DNA from: Octopus vulgaris
Lineage: Eukaryota
NCBI GenBank assembly: GCA_951406725.2
Contig: OX597817.1
Span: 127,224,001 to 127,288,000 of the forward strand
Direction: 5' to 3'
DNA: 64,000 nucleotides
This document shows, piece by piece, positions 1 to 12,725 of the stretch (its first letter is position 1; each line of letters starts with the position of its first letter). A program made the position numbers and the translations under genes. The notes beneath the pieces were generated by a model, which worked only from the letters and a program-made list of their open reading frames with translations, had not been told where the DNA came from and ran no database searches.

Positions 1-748
1 AAATCGAAATAAATATTCTTTTAAGTTAATTTGTTTTATATAGCGATAGAATGTTTCCATTTCAGCAGTAGGTGAAAGGATTTTCTTTTTCTTTTTTTTT
101 TTTTGTATTTTGCAACGGTTGTACAACCCATGAACCAGTAAACAAAACAGATGCTAAAAGGGATCTCAGTATGTTATATCTAACACTCTAACCTTTACGA
201 GATCAAAAGAGTCAGGCTTATAACGAGAAATGAAAGAAACAATTCATGACAGCGTAGGGTTGTGCACTGCCTGAATAATAATGAATAATGATCAACAGTT
301 AAATGTATTTTATAACCAATCAGTATTACCACTGATGACCTACGCCTAAAGAAAATAGCAACACACTGAGGATCAATAGAGCCGTATAACCCATTATGAC
401 AATTTCATAAAAATTGTCGTAAGTATCGAGAAATTATCGGAAATTTATCTAACATATTCCTAACACGTTTCTGTGTGACAAAACCCGTAGTGTCAAGCGT
501 GCATATCAAGAAATTATTTGGTCCGGTTCTCGGCTCAATTTTCTATTGAATGTATCTCCAATTATCTGTTCTTAAATCTAAAATATTACATAAAATATAA
601 ACGGAAAACTTGTTCCAATAATTTGAGAAATATTTGAAATTGTAAATGCTTTTCACTGCAGTTTGTTAAGGATACAAAATTCAAATTCTTGTAACAAGAA
701 AAATAAAAGTTAAAAACTAATGTCACCTCAAAGAGATGTCTGTTTGAC

Positions 749-789
749 TGCTGGATGCATTTCGGACTTACTAACTCTCTTCAGCACCA
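749..789 (-). ncRNA. degenerate minimal type-I hammerhead ribozyme motif
   Basis: Minus strand reads TGGTG-CTGAAGA-GAGTTAGTAAGTCC-GAAA-TGC-ATC-CAGCA. It has the CUGANGA/GAAA core, a palindromic stem III (ATGCAT), an AUC cleavage triplet and 4/5 bp of stem I. Stem II is weak. Confidence 0.5.
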
Positions 790-1860
790 TATACTGAGTG
801 TGGCAACGCTGAGATGACTAGAAAGCTTTGCTTCAGTTACCTTATGTCTGTCGATGCTTTTAATTCTCAGTGTATTCTAGCTGCCATGCATCAACAAATT
901 CGTTAGTAGATTTGAGAAGCAATGGCGGAACGAATTCTAAAGTAGAGCCATCTCAAATGTGTTTGTGAGGTGTTTGAACCTGTAAAGGATTTTCCCTGCA
1001 ATTTGACGAGGATAAGACGTCTCACTTTCCACGATAGACTGCAGTGAAATATCTTTATAATATTGTCTGTTTCACAACAAAGAACGATATATTTTCTGTT
1101 AAGCTCTGAGGTGTTTCTCTTGGTTTCTAGAGCTGAAGGGAACTAATAATTTGACATTCATCCCACAGACAAATGCAAGTAAAAATCTGAACCACGGTGT
1201 TTTAAAACGTTTTGACATTTCTCCGATAACATATGTATGTATGTATTTATCTATACACATACACACTCGTGCACACACACACACACACATAGAGAAAGGT
1301 AGAAGATAGATAGAATGATAGGTAGATAGATTGATACAGAGGGAGTGAGAGAGAATAGAGTCTTCGACACACTTTCATAGAACGATAGACACAAAAACCT
1401 ACATACACATTCAAGCACATGTAAATAAGAACATTCGCAAAGACTTGGATTTGTTTAGGCGTATACTTAAAATAGCAAGCGATCGAAAAATAAATGTATA
1501 AAAACAAATGTACGATAATCAAAGCAGCGTTCCGTGTACAGAAGCGTAAGCAAACGCAGAATATCACATGAGATGTTCCACAAACACACATATCTTGCAC
1601 TTCGCACATATGCAGTGTCATCAAGGCATAACCTTTCTATTTCAGTTAAAACACTATAGTCATGATTCTATATTGAAGACTAAGCAAAATTATTTCTTTA
1701 TTTTAACGTCTATAGTTGAAGACAAAGGTAAAAACCATTATACACGTGGGTGCTTGTGTATGCAATCATGTACACGTGTATATGTATATAGATTTGTGTG
1801 TTTGTGTGAATATACACATGTATGCATGTGCACATATACGCAAAGCTTATACACACACAG

Positions 1861-1917
<57 letters not shown>

Positions 1918-2244
1918 TATGTCGCATTCCAAATCGTAATCTAGTCGCTCAAAATTGAATACATTTTTGTCTGCTAAAAGACCAGAGGATTGCCAATATG
2001 TAAGAGAGACCATTAAGAAAATGATGTAGCCAACCATATCACACTGTCGCAATCTTTGCAACGCATGGAAATGCATTAATTGTATAATTATAAAATAAAT
2101 CGAAAACCATCAGTGCGTTAATTTTGATTAACTGACCATAACATGGATCAGTTTCTTTGGCAGAAATTCCTGTCGGTATAATTTATAGTATCACGATTCT
2201 CCTTTAACCAATCAAAGAGATGCATTTAATCCGACATTACTTCT

Positions 2245-3135
2245 AGCACCATCACCAAGGCAAACATTGATCGTGATCATCACAACGTGGCAGATGAATA
2301 TAAATCAAATAGTCTATGCTGTTAGCATATACCGTAGGAGAGTTGAGAAATATTCTGCACAATAAACTTGACACGACGAATGTTTCTTTTCGATGGGTGC
2401 CATGTCGTCTGGCACCTGATCAAAAGCGCACGGAGCTGATCATATCACGGCAAATCTGATATTTCTTGCGACAGCTCCATCTGGTTTCCCTAAGTGTTTC
2501 ATTAGCCAGGATGAATGTTGGGTTCATCACTTTGAACCAGAGAAATCTATGCACTTGAATCACCCCTCCTCACCTGCTCCAGTGAAGGCTAAGATTGTTT
2601 CATCTACAAAAAAGTTGATGGCCTCAGGTTGTAGAATGAAAAAGGCATTGTATTTATGACTATCTTCCAAAGTGTCACACCATCAATGTAAAGTACTATG
2701 CCAATATGCTGGTGCTTTTACGAAAGGCTTTGAAGATGAAACGTCCAGGAAAACTGACAAAAGGGCTTTTATTTCATTAGAGCAATGCTCCAGCACACAT
2801 GTCCATGGTTTCAATGGCTGTTGTTCGTTAATGTGGCTTAGCACTGGCTGCACATCCTCCTAATGCTGATTTGGCTCCATCTGAGTTTCATCTGCTCATC
2901 AACATGAAAATTCATTTGATTGGGAACTAGTATCGCGGTGATGATTAAGTCATATCTGATGATGATGACATTTTTGACCAGCAGGATGAAAGCTTTTCCA
3001 TCAATGGGATCCAAGTACTGCAGCATTGACGGAAGAAGTGTGTGGTTCGCAAGATGCACTATGTGGTAAAAATAAAGCTCATTTGGTCGTATTCCACGAG
3101 AGTATGTTTGTCAGCCTATGAACTTTTCAGGCGTT
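2245..3135 (+). pseudogene. decayed mariner (Tc1/mariner) transposase
   Basis: Frameshifted fragments translate to mariner motifs: RWVPCRL (~2390), DECWVHHFEPE (~2510), NAPAH (~2785), HPP..DLAPSEFHL (~2855-2895), and a C-terminal KCV...YV. Many stops. Confidence 0.85.
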
Positions 3136-3621
3136 CTTCTAAGTAGAATTTGAGTACAACAGTGAGATAATATGTCCATAAAAATAGAGAATATGAACAT
3201 TTAATAGTTTAAATAAATAAGATTTTTATGTCCAAAATAACTTTAAAGTGCATTTTGCGTGTATTTAAATAATCAGTGGTAGTTTAAATTCGACCTTGAA
3301 TTATACTAAAATTACTGGTAGGTTTGAGCCGACGTATTTCTCGAACCAGAAGCAGCATCTGCACACACTTTAATTTAAATGCTACCGTTATAAAAGGAAA
3401 GAGGTATGCTTTTACAAACGTAGCTCTGCATCAATCTATATATGAGTAAAAAACGTTTTCGTGCACAGCTAAGACACCTGTGACCATACGTCTACAATAT
3501 CGTACTAGTACATGTGTTAAACAACAACGGCATTGTCTTTGCTACCAGATATATGGCAACAACTACACTACTTAGTCTACCACTGCTGCTACTACAACAA
3601 CTATAATTATTATTGCTGCTG

Positions 3622-3663
<42 letters not shown>

Positions 3664-3969
3664 AATAGGCAATCTAAGGTCATCTATGCTGTCGTTTGAA
3701 CTGATTAAAATAACGACGAAATCTCATCTCTTCAGAATAGAATGCGATAATGTAAATTGAATGTGGTAATTTAAAGCAGTAGTCGGCAATTTAAGATATA
3801 AAGAAATCATAGAAAGAACATGCTGGATAATGTAATATAGAGATTACTAATTTATAGAGCTTCGTTCACACGTCAGAGCGAACAGGAATAACCTTGGTCT
3901 ATGCAAAATACCCTACAGAATCCGTTTATGTGGGTGTTTTTACACATATACATTACATGCACACACATA

Positions 3970-4452
3970 CGAGGTCTGGTCAATAAGTATCCGGACTGTT
4001 GCCATAGTAACGCAACTAAAGTATACAGAGTAAAGCCACTTGGCAAAGATTACCCTTGAATACTGTTGTGCGTGCGCACTAAGTTTTAACATCATAGCTC
4101 ACGTCCCCAGTTTACAGCAGGAAGGTGTAGCGTTTGATCGTCGCATTCACAACAGCAGGAAGGTGGCGCATTTGATCGTCGCATTCACCATGACACACAA
4201 AGTTGTCATAGCGATATCTACTCAGAAGCCTACGCAACGTTTCAGAAAGTGAGCCCCATACCAATATACGAGTGGTTCAGAAGTTTCGATATTGACGCAC
4301 TTTTTGGGAGAACCGCAACCAGAAGAACTGAGAAAATAATCGAAATGATCTTGAGCGTTAAAACTAAGTACACATACACAGCAGAGTTCAAAGTCAATTT
4401 GTGTGCTTTAGCTTTATTACGATGGCAATGGTCCGAGATACTTATTGATCTC

Positions 4453-4453
<1 letters not shown>
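3970..4453 (+). mobile_element. internally deleted mariner element / MITE with TIRs and TA target duplication
   Basis: Left end TA|CGAGGTCTGGTCAATAAGTATCCGGACTGTTGCCATAGTAA matches the reverse complement of the right end TTACGATGGCAATGGTCCGAGATACTTATTGATCTCG|TA. Contains an HTH fragment IYEWFRSF. Confidence 0.85.
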
Positions 4454-4496
<43 letters not shown>

Positions 4497-4498
<2 letters not shown>

Positions 4499-4836
4499 GA
4501 CCCCCTTCGGTCAGACACTGACCATGGGTTTGCACCTCGAGAGTTACCCTCTGAGGCACAAGTCAGGGCAAGGTTGTTTTATGGAAGACCAGCAGTCGCC
4601 CATGCATACCGGCCTCCCCTCTCCACGTTACCGATGTTATCCAAGGGAAAGGCAAAGGGGTCGATACAGCTTGGCACCTGTGACGTCGCAACTCATTTCT
4701 ACAGCTGAGTGAACTGGAGCAACGTGAAATAAAGTGTCTTGCTCAAGAACACATCACGCAGCACGGTCCGGGATTCGAGCTCACAACCTCACGATCGTAA
4801 GCTCGACGCTCTAACCTCTGAGCCACGCGCCTTCAC
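4497..4836 (-). mobile_element. tRNA-derived SINE with CORE-like central region (family B)
   Basis: Minus strand head GTGAAGGCGCGTGGCTCAGAGGTTAGAGCG...GCTCGAATCCC has A and B boxes, followed by CORE-like CTTGAGCAAGACACTTTA. Degenerate relatives lie near 27.2, 34.4 and 52.1 kb. Confidence 0.8.
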
Positions 4837-4841
4837 TAGCT

Positions 4842-4989
<148 letters not shown>

Positions 4990-5056
4990 TAGCTAAAGGT
5001 GACCCGCTCTACGCGCGGGTAAGAGTGTGGTTGTTACTTTCTGTTGCTTCCTTTCT

Positions 5057-5369
5057 GCACGTAAAGAGCAACATCCGAACGTGGCCATGGCAGTACCGCC
5101 TTGACTGGCTTCTGTGCCGGTGGCACGTAAAAAGCACCAACCGATCGTCGCCGCTGCCAGCACCACCCGCCCTTGCACCTGTGCCGATGGCACGGAAAAA
5201 GCACCCACTACACTCATGGAGTGGTTGGCGTTAGGAAAGGCATCCAGCTGTAGAAACACTGCCAGATCAGACTGGAGCCTGGTGCAGCCTCCTGGCTTCC
5301 CAGACCCCAGTCAAACCGTCCAACCCGTGCTAGCACGGAAAACGGACGTTAAACGATGATGATGATGAT
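5057..5369 (+). mobile_element. 5'-truncated RTE LINE 3' UTR copy with (GAT)n tail
   Basis: Closely resembles 56760-56955 (GTGCCGGTGGCACGTAAAAAGCACC...GGCATCCAGCTGTAGAAAC...GGACGTTAAACGATGATGAT), which is the tail of the RTE element. Confidence 0.85.
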
Positions 5370-5559
5370 TCTTCCTCTTTGTTTCTCTCTCACTTTCCCA
5401 CTCTCTTGCTCTTCCTTTCTCTCGAACTACATCTCGCTTTCTCTTACTCTCTATCTTTATCTATCTCTCTCCCATCTATAAATAACAAAAGATCTTGAGT
5501 AAGTTGAGAAAGAATATATTTTGAAAGATCAATCATAAATATCAGGCATTGACAACGGA

Positions 5560-5935
5560 AAGGTCTGCTTCAAGGCAGACAGCAAAACACTAACATTTAA
5601 AAGGGACAGACGAACTTGCCAGCTGAATATAAATAAAAAAATATTGGAAACCAAAGTTTGAAGGGATAGAATCTGAGGATAGTAGAGTCACCATGGCTGT
5701 CATTTCTTAACGACGGACAGCAACGTATTGACAGTTTAACGGCTGGCGTAAAATTTTGAACTTGATGTGAAAGAAAATTCCTAAGCACCAAGTTTTGAAG
5801 TGATACTTTCTCACGAAAGTAGACTCACCATGGCAAGCATTCAAAACTTCTTCATCATGGACGGCAACACATTGACGATTAAAAGGCTGGCGCAAATTTT
5901 TTAGCTTGATGTAACAAAGAATTCCTAAACACCCG
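5560..5935. repeat. diverged ~135-bp tandem repeat (2-3 units) inside the Helitron-like element
   Basis: The motif GA(G/C)TCACCATGGC...GGCTGGCG.AAA.TTTT...CTTGATGT..AA.GAA..TTCCTAA..ACC repeats at ~5686 and ~5822. A weaker third unit lies upstream. Confidence 0.65.
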
Positions 5936-6102
5936 CTCCTGTGAATTTTAATCCCCTTCAAGTTCCATTTAGACCGCTTTTCACATTTTGGTTAATATAA
6001 CCCGATTTCCTTCGGGTCTACTCGGGCCACATTTTATAAGATGAGGAATTTTGTCCTAGAGGTCACGCCTTTCATTTGAGGAAAAAAATAGTTGCCATGC
6101 AA

Positions 6103-6203
6103 ACTCGCCAGCACTTTTAACATAGGTGTGCATATTTGTATACAAATTATATATATATATATGTATACAAATATGCACACCTATGTTAAAAGTGCTGGCG
6201 AGT
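6103..6203. repeat. perfect 42-bp inverted repeat around a short TA spacer
   Basis: ACTCGCCAGCACTTTTAACATAGGTGTGCATATTTGTATACA ... TGTATACAAATATGCACACCTATGTTAAAAGTGCTGGCGAGT. Confidence 0.95.
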
Positions 6204-6421
6204 CTCCCGTGGTGTGCGTCCTTTCAAATACAAAAACCGGATCACTGCTCGACACTTAACAGGCTCCATTTCACACTTGACTCGGTTCAAATACCTGTAA
6301 ATCAGAAACCACAATTAACTCAGAGCTGTAATTTGCCACTTACTCTATAGAGATATAAATGATTGCACATGATCAAACAACTGCAAGAGGGTCAGAGGCA
6401 TTACTTATTGAACGTCCCTCG
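6204..6421 (-). mobile_element. 5' fragment of a mariner element (TIR plus transposase N-terminus)
   Basis: Minus strand TA|CGAGGGACGTTCAATAAGTAATGCC is a TIR. An ATG at 6269 gives MEPVKCRAVIRFLYLKGRTPRET, a typical mariner N-terminus. Confidence 0.8.
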
Positions 6422-6971
6422 TATATACATATTTATATATAGAACACACACACACACACACACATATATATCAATTAACCCAATAAATATCTGATTCATA
6501 ATATTTGTTCTCATGATTGTGTGGTGGTGTTGGCGATGATAGAGAGAGACAGAGAGAGTGTGTGTGAAAGTGTGTATGATTGCGGGGAGGTGGGGAGATA
6601 TAGGACGCTGTGAAATGACTTTATAAAGGGAAAGTGAAGGTAAGGGAGGTTAGACGCTGTGAAACGACGTTATAGATAGAATGTGAAAGGAAGGGAGGAA
6701 AGAGAGTGAGTGATGGAGAAAGACAGATACATAAAAGAATGAAAGTAGACTTGTCAAAGTGCGTTTTTGGCCCTAGCAACGACACCTTTTAAGATGGGGG
6801 TTTCTAACCTAGCCCACTCGCATCCTCACCTCATTTTACATGTCCCTGTAAATTTTGGAGTCAATCCGACGGGATCTAGTGGCCTTTAACCCGTTCTCAA
6901 TGCCAAAACCAGACAAACAAACAAACAAACAAACTTTTCGCATTTCAGAATTATAATATAGAGATATATAC

Positions 6972-7564
<593 letters not shown>

Positions 7565-8182
7565 TATATATACACACACACACCGAGTTTGAAGCTTTTT
7601 CTGTTGTTTCTCGTTAAAGATAAAAAGAAGGGTCACAAATATCACTGCGTACACTGTACATCTGTGGCTACCTTTGATAGATCGAAGCACATTTGTAGTG
7701 GTGGTTTTGTGTTACGTAACGTTAATAAAATTATCCTAGATGCACCGGCTATTGCTTCTGTAACACTATACCATTATATAACCGTATTTTAGAAATCATG
7801 TTTGTTATAGCATCATTTGAAATGTTTGTCTACTGTAAATTGCAGTTAACACCTTAGGTGGATGAAAATATATAGAAAACGCAGTTGAAGAATATATCAC
7901 ATAAAAGTACTAAAAGTTCTTGTGTGATAATTCAGTAAATTACAAAGTATTTCCTAAAGAAAATAGATGTGTTCATAATAGAGTGTTTTATACATATCAG
8001 ATGAGTAGTATATTACTTACACTCGATGACAAACATGTGATTTTACTTCTGATTAAAATATATTTGCCAAAAGTGTTTACATTCACACATACACACAAAT
8101 GAAAGAACACACACACATAAGCATTCATATGAACATGCTACATACAAACATAGTTATTTTGCTTTTCCCGACAAAGCTTCTC

Positions 8183-8183
<1 letters not shown>

Positions 8184-8221
<38 letters not shown>

Positions 8222-8225
8222 CCTC

Positions 8226-8256
<31 letters not shown>

Positions 8257-8310
8257 AAGATAGATCCCCAGAAAGATGGATAGATGGATGGATTGATGGG
8301 TGGATGGATG
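8184..8310. repeat. (GATA)n/(GATG)n tetranucleotide repeat
   Basis: Directly visible. Confidence 0.95.
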
Positions 8311-8353
8311 ATATGTGTGTGTTTAAGTGTCCGTATACTTGTGTGTATCTGTA

Positions 8354-8770
8354 TACTCTTTACTCTTTTACGCTTTTACTTGTTTCAGTCATTTGACTGC
8401 GGCCATGCTGGGCATCGCCTTTAGTCGAGGAAATCGACCCCGAGACTTATTCTTTGTAAGCCCAGTACTTATTCTATCGGTCTCTTTTGCCGAATCGCTA
8501 GGTTACGGGGACGTAAACACACCAGCATTGGTTGTCAAGCAATGCTAGGGGTGACAAACACACACACACAAACACATACACACATATATATATATATACA
8601 TATATACGACAGGCTTCTTTCAGTTTCTGTCTACCAAATCCACTCACAAGGCATTGGTCGGCCCGAGGCTATAGCAGAAGACACTTGCCCAAGATGCCAC
8701 GCAGTGGGACTGAACCCGGAACCATGTGGTTGATTAGCAAGCTACTTACCACACAGCCACTCCTGCGCCT
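8354..8770 (-). mobile_element. full-length tRNA-derived SINE (family A, internal (CA)/(TA) microsatellite)
   Basis: Minus strand AGGCGCAGGAGTGGCTGTGTGGTAAG...GGTTCAGTCCC head, CTTGGGCAAGTGTCTT core and a (GTAAAAGA)-type tail. Six related copies are in the window. Confidence 0.9.
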
Positions 8771-11492
8771 TTATATAAAGAAAATTAAAATAATTTCCAA
8801 GTTGTTTGACTTTTGCATTCATCACCAACCGCAACGTTACCAGCGTCACCGTCACTCTCACTCGTAGCACGACTCTCACCACCACCGTCTGGAGACTACT
8901 AGCGCACCTTTAGGAATATGAAGGTACATACACTTTTGTTATCTGAAATGCTAAATGACCGGAAAATATACTATAATTCTTGTGTATGTAAGGCAAATAT
9001 GCAGAAATGGAATCGGCGATTTAATTACTATCGCCAAAAGCAAAATAGCATGATACTGCTAAGAATTGAACCAAAGATATTTCATATTTCTTCCACATAC
9101 CTTGTTGCTTTGACCTTCATGTTCCATTCAACATTATGAAATGTAATTTATTGTACAGGCCCAATATAATTTATTGTAGGTAAGATTTCAATGTCAGATT
9201 TCATAAAAGCCAGATTTATGATAAGCAAAATACATTTTGACAGAGCTGTATATTCAATTTAACATCTTGTTTCATGTAAAATTGTCTTCAAAAGAATAAA
9301 AGTTGCAGTCCAGGCTTTTTCAACGGCCAATCATTCCCAGTGATATGAGCCTTTACTTTTCTCGAGTGTTAACACATTAAAACAACATCATTATTCGTTA
9401 GTTAGAGGCTACTTTTCCAAAAACTTTCTGGTTTCATTTATTACATTCCCAGTTTCAGTTGGTAAAATTGCAAAAACGAAATACATTTCCCTCTTTAATT
9501 ATTCTATCTAAAACGAAAAGTATTTCTTAATCCCATTAGGATATTTAATCAAAACTAAATGATGTTCATTTTCCAATGTGAAAAAGAAATATATACACTT
9601 TGACATGAAATGACTTGATTATCTGTGCATTTTAAATCCCATTGCAAAACAAATGACATTATAGAACGAATTGAAATACACATGCAAACGGTACTGTTTG
9701 GTTGTTTCGTTACAGATGAATACCCAAGTGTACTACCTAAAAATTTGGTGTCATAAATACGATACTAATGAGCAGAAAATTTGCAATAGAGCTATCTAAA
9801 CGGAAACCAAAGTTCTTGCTTGAGACTTGACCGAGAACAACAAATCTTCAATCATGAAAATAAGATTACTAAGACTTTTATTATTAGGGTAGATGGTTGT
9901 CTGTCAATTTTCAAAATTTACTAAAATCTATTGTCTTATGTATTATTTCTTGCTCTTTCTATTTTATTTTGCATATTCTTAAATGTACACACATATATAC
10001 AAGCATACATGCATAAATACATACATACATAATACATACAAACATACATACATACATGCAACAAATGACAGCGACATTTCCCTAGACTCATCATTCAATT
10101 ATTCAGTTATTTATTGCTTATTTGTTCAAAATGAGAATTTCAGTGCAGAACTTCACAACCTCGCACCTCTCCAATAAATTTACAGTTAATATGATATTTT
10201 CATTCATTGTATATGTCCACTATGTTCTTTCAGCGTTGTTCTTCGTAAGCAAAGAAGCGGGTGTGTCAAGTCCCATTTATATTTTCTATATACGTATGAT
10301 ATATTCCTTTGACAACTTCTAAATTAACTTTACTCCTGGTGTGTTTCTTGCAAATGATTACCGAAGATAACTACTTTATCTTGACTGCACATCGAAAACA
10401 ACATTAAATGGAAACATTTAAATACAAGACTATATCAAAGTTATTTATTTGATTGAATTCAGAGCCAGAGTAAACTATGAAAACCAAAGTTTACTCACTT
10501 TCTTTCTTACATGATTTCGTCAAAAGAGAAACAACCATGTTTATGCGTATTTGAATGGTAGTGAAGATTAGAAAGATGCAGCAAATGTCAGACTGGAGGC
10601 CTCAATCGCAGACTATAATTTACAAAACTGTAATTATTATCTAAAGGCATCCACGGAACAGAAGGTCGCTGTAAACATAGATATGGATTTTGTTTGCATA
10701 CCTCAACAATAGGAATGGCACGGCACTTTCGTACTTTTTCATATCTTTGGCGTCTACCAAACTCCACTCACATATAGAGAAATTTTAACTTCGATAGTAT
10801 TCAATGTGTCTGCTATTCATTCATTACCTATTATTTAGTGATCACACCAATTCTGTTTTCATTACGTTCGCTTATTTTACCTGTTGCTCTTTCCGTAGTA
10901 ACAATTACTCTGATAACCCAAACTCCTTTAGGTAAGAATAGACAACATACCGGTGTCTTTATACAAAATTACATTTCTATAAACCCGGTTGTGTAGAAAA
11001 GAGTGGAACGAAAGAAGACAATAGTAAGGTAAGCGGAATCTCTATTTACGATGGTGATGTCAAAGCATCTTTTGAAGAGGTGAACGACTAGAAGAAGTTA
11101 ACTTCAGAGTATTCTCTTGTCTTTCCGTGGGCATATCTATTAGTAATGAGGCAAGAAAATCCACTCGGGTTTTCGATAAAATAGGGACCAGGTAAAAGAT
11201 TCGAAATATGAAGGAGTCTCACTAATCTAATGACCTATAACGACAATTATAGTAACTCGGAAAATAACGCCATGGCCGCTATCGTCTACATAGAATAGCT
11301 CATGTAAAATCAAATGTTTTTGATAGCCATAGACGTATATATATAAATATATTACAATGAGGTAGTTTTGGTGAAACATTGTATGGTATAACTTTAAAGA
11401 AGGTACTTGTGAAAGGCTAGGATAATACGAGAAGGTACAAACTACCCAAGGGAAAGGAAACCAACAACGTTGCAGTTTTACCGTGTATTTCT

Positions 11493-11522
11493 ATATTTCG
11501 GCGTGAAGTGCCCTTCTTCAGG
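11493..11522 (-). ncRNA. hammerhead-like motif of Penelope-like terminal repeat type
   Basis: Minus strand CCTGAAGA-AG-GGC-ACTTCAC-GCC-GAAA-TATA. Core and stem II are present, stem I is degraded. Confidence 0.5.
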
Positions 11523-12197
11523 ACCTTTGGTAAAAGTAGTAGGTAGAAAAAAGTTGTTGCTCATCTAAGCAACGAGTATACAAACACATTAATTCATTGA
11601 TTGAGTGAGTGATTGATTAATTGATTGATTGGTTGGTTGCTTGGTTGGTTGATAGGTAGAATAATTGATGAATTTGTATGGTTAACGAAATCATCAAGAA
11701 GTATCAAGACTAAGATGTGTGTTGTATCAAATAAGGCCATGGCAGTATTCTTAATCTGAATTGTATCTAAAAGGCCGTGACAGTTTTCTTAATGTTGACG
11801 GCCTTCCCATAATTTCATGTATGAAGCGTTATATTACACAGGATTTATATACAATTCGTAATCTACTTTTAGCGCATTCTTTCCATTTTCAACTGATGAA
11901 AATAACGATTTTTTTACTGCCCAGAGAGCTAGAACCTTGGAGAGCCTTACATGAGTCTACTGAGCAGGACCTTATATTCTTGCCAAAATTTCTAGATTTA
12001 GAGCGTTTAAGCAAACTTCATATATAATGCCTGTGTGTGCACTCTTGTGCGTATGTGCTTAAGTATGTATGTATCTATCTATGTTTGCATATGTATAAAC
12101 ACACACACACATATATGTATATAAACATATATAGGCGTATACGTGGGTGTAAACAACAAACAGATGCATTAGTTTCACGCTCAGAAAGTGAGAAATT

Positions 12198-12232
12198 CTT
12201 TTACGTTTCGAGCCACGCTCTTCGATAGAAAG
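12198..12232 (-). ncRNA. degenerate minimal hammerhead motif
   Basis: Minus strand CTTT-CTATCGA-A-GAGC-GTG-GCTC-GAAAC-GTA-AAAG. Stems I and II are perfect and there is a GUA triplet, but the core is mutated (CUAUCGA). Confidence 0.45.
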
Positions 12233-12255
12233 TAAGACATAGATAAACAGGGAGA

Positions 12256-12372
<117 letters not shown>

Positions 12373-12466
12373 TATATATTGGTAAAAACGGTAAGATAAC
12401 AAAAGAAATAAACAGACCTCAATATTTTGTAAAAATAGAGGAATTTATCTGTAAAAATAATGTGAG

Positions 12467-12631
12467 AATTACTCGGTAGCCAAGATAAAACTCTGAGTTT
12501 CGGATGCTGAGGTGGAAATGCACACTACCATCTCTCCAGTATACCCACGTATACGCCTAACTGAAGAGATGGTGGTGTGAATTTCCACCTCGGCATTCAA
12601 AACTCAGTTTTATCTTGGTTACCGAGTAATT
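12467..12631. repeat. imperfect ~72-bp inverted repeat, each arm with a hammerhead-like motif
   Basis: AATTACTCGGTAGCCAAGATAAAAC...CCATCTCTCCAGT pairs with ACTGAAGAGATGG...GTTTTATCTTGGTTACCGAGTAATT. The arms read CTG(A/G)AGA-GATG...CAT(T/C)-C(G/A)AAAC. Confidence 0.85.
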
Positions 12632-12651
12632 ATTATATATTATTTTTACAC

Positions 12652-12725
<74 letters not shown>

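Noticed and set aside
331-354. CTGATGA...GAAA hammerhead-like spacing
   Set aside because: No stem II pairing and no stem I or NUH arrangement, so likely chance.
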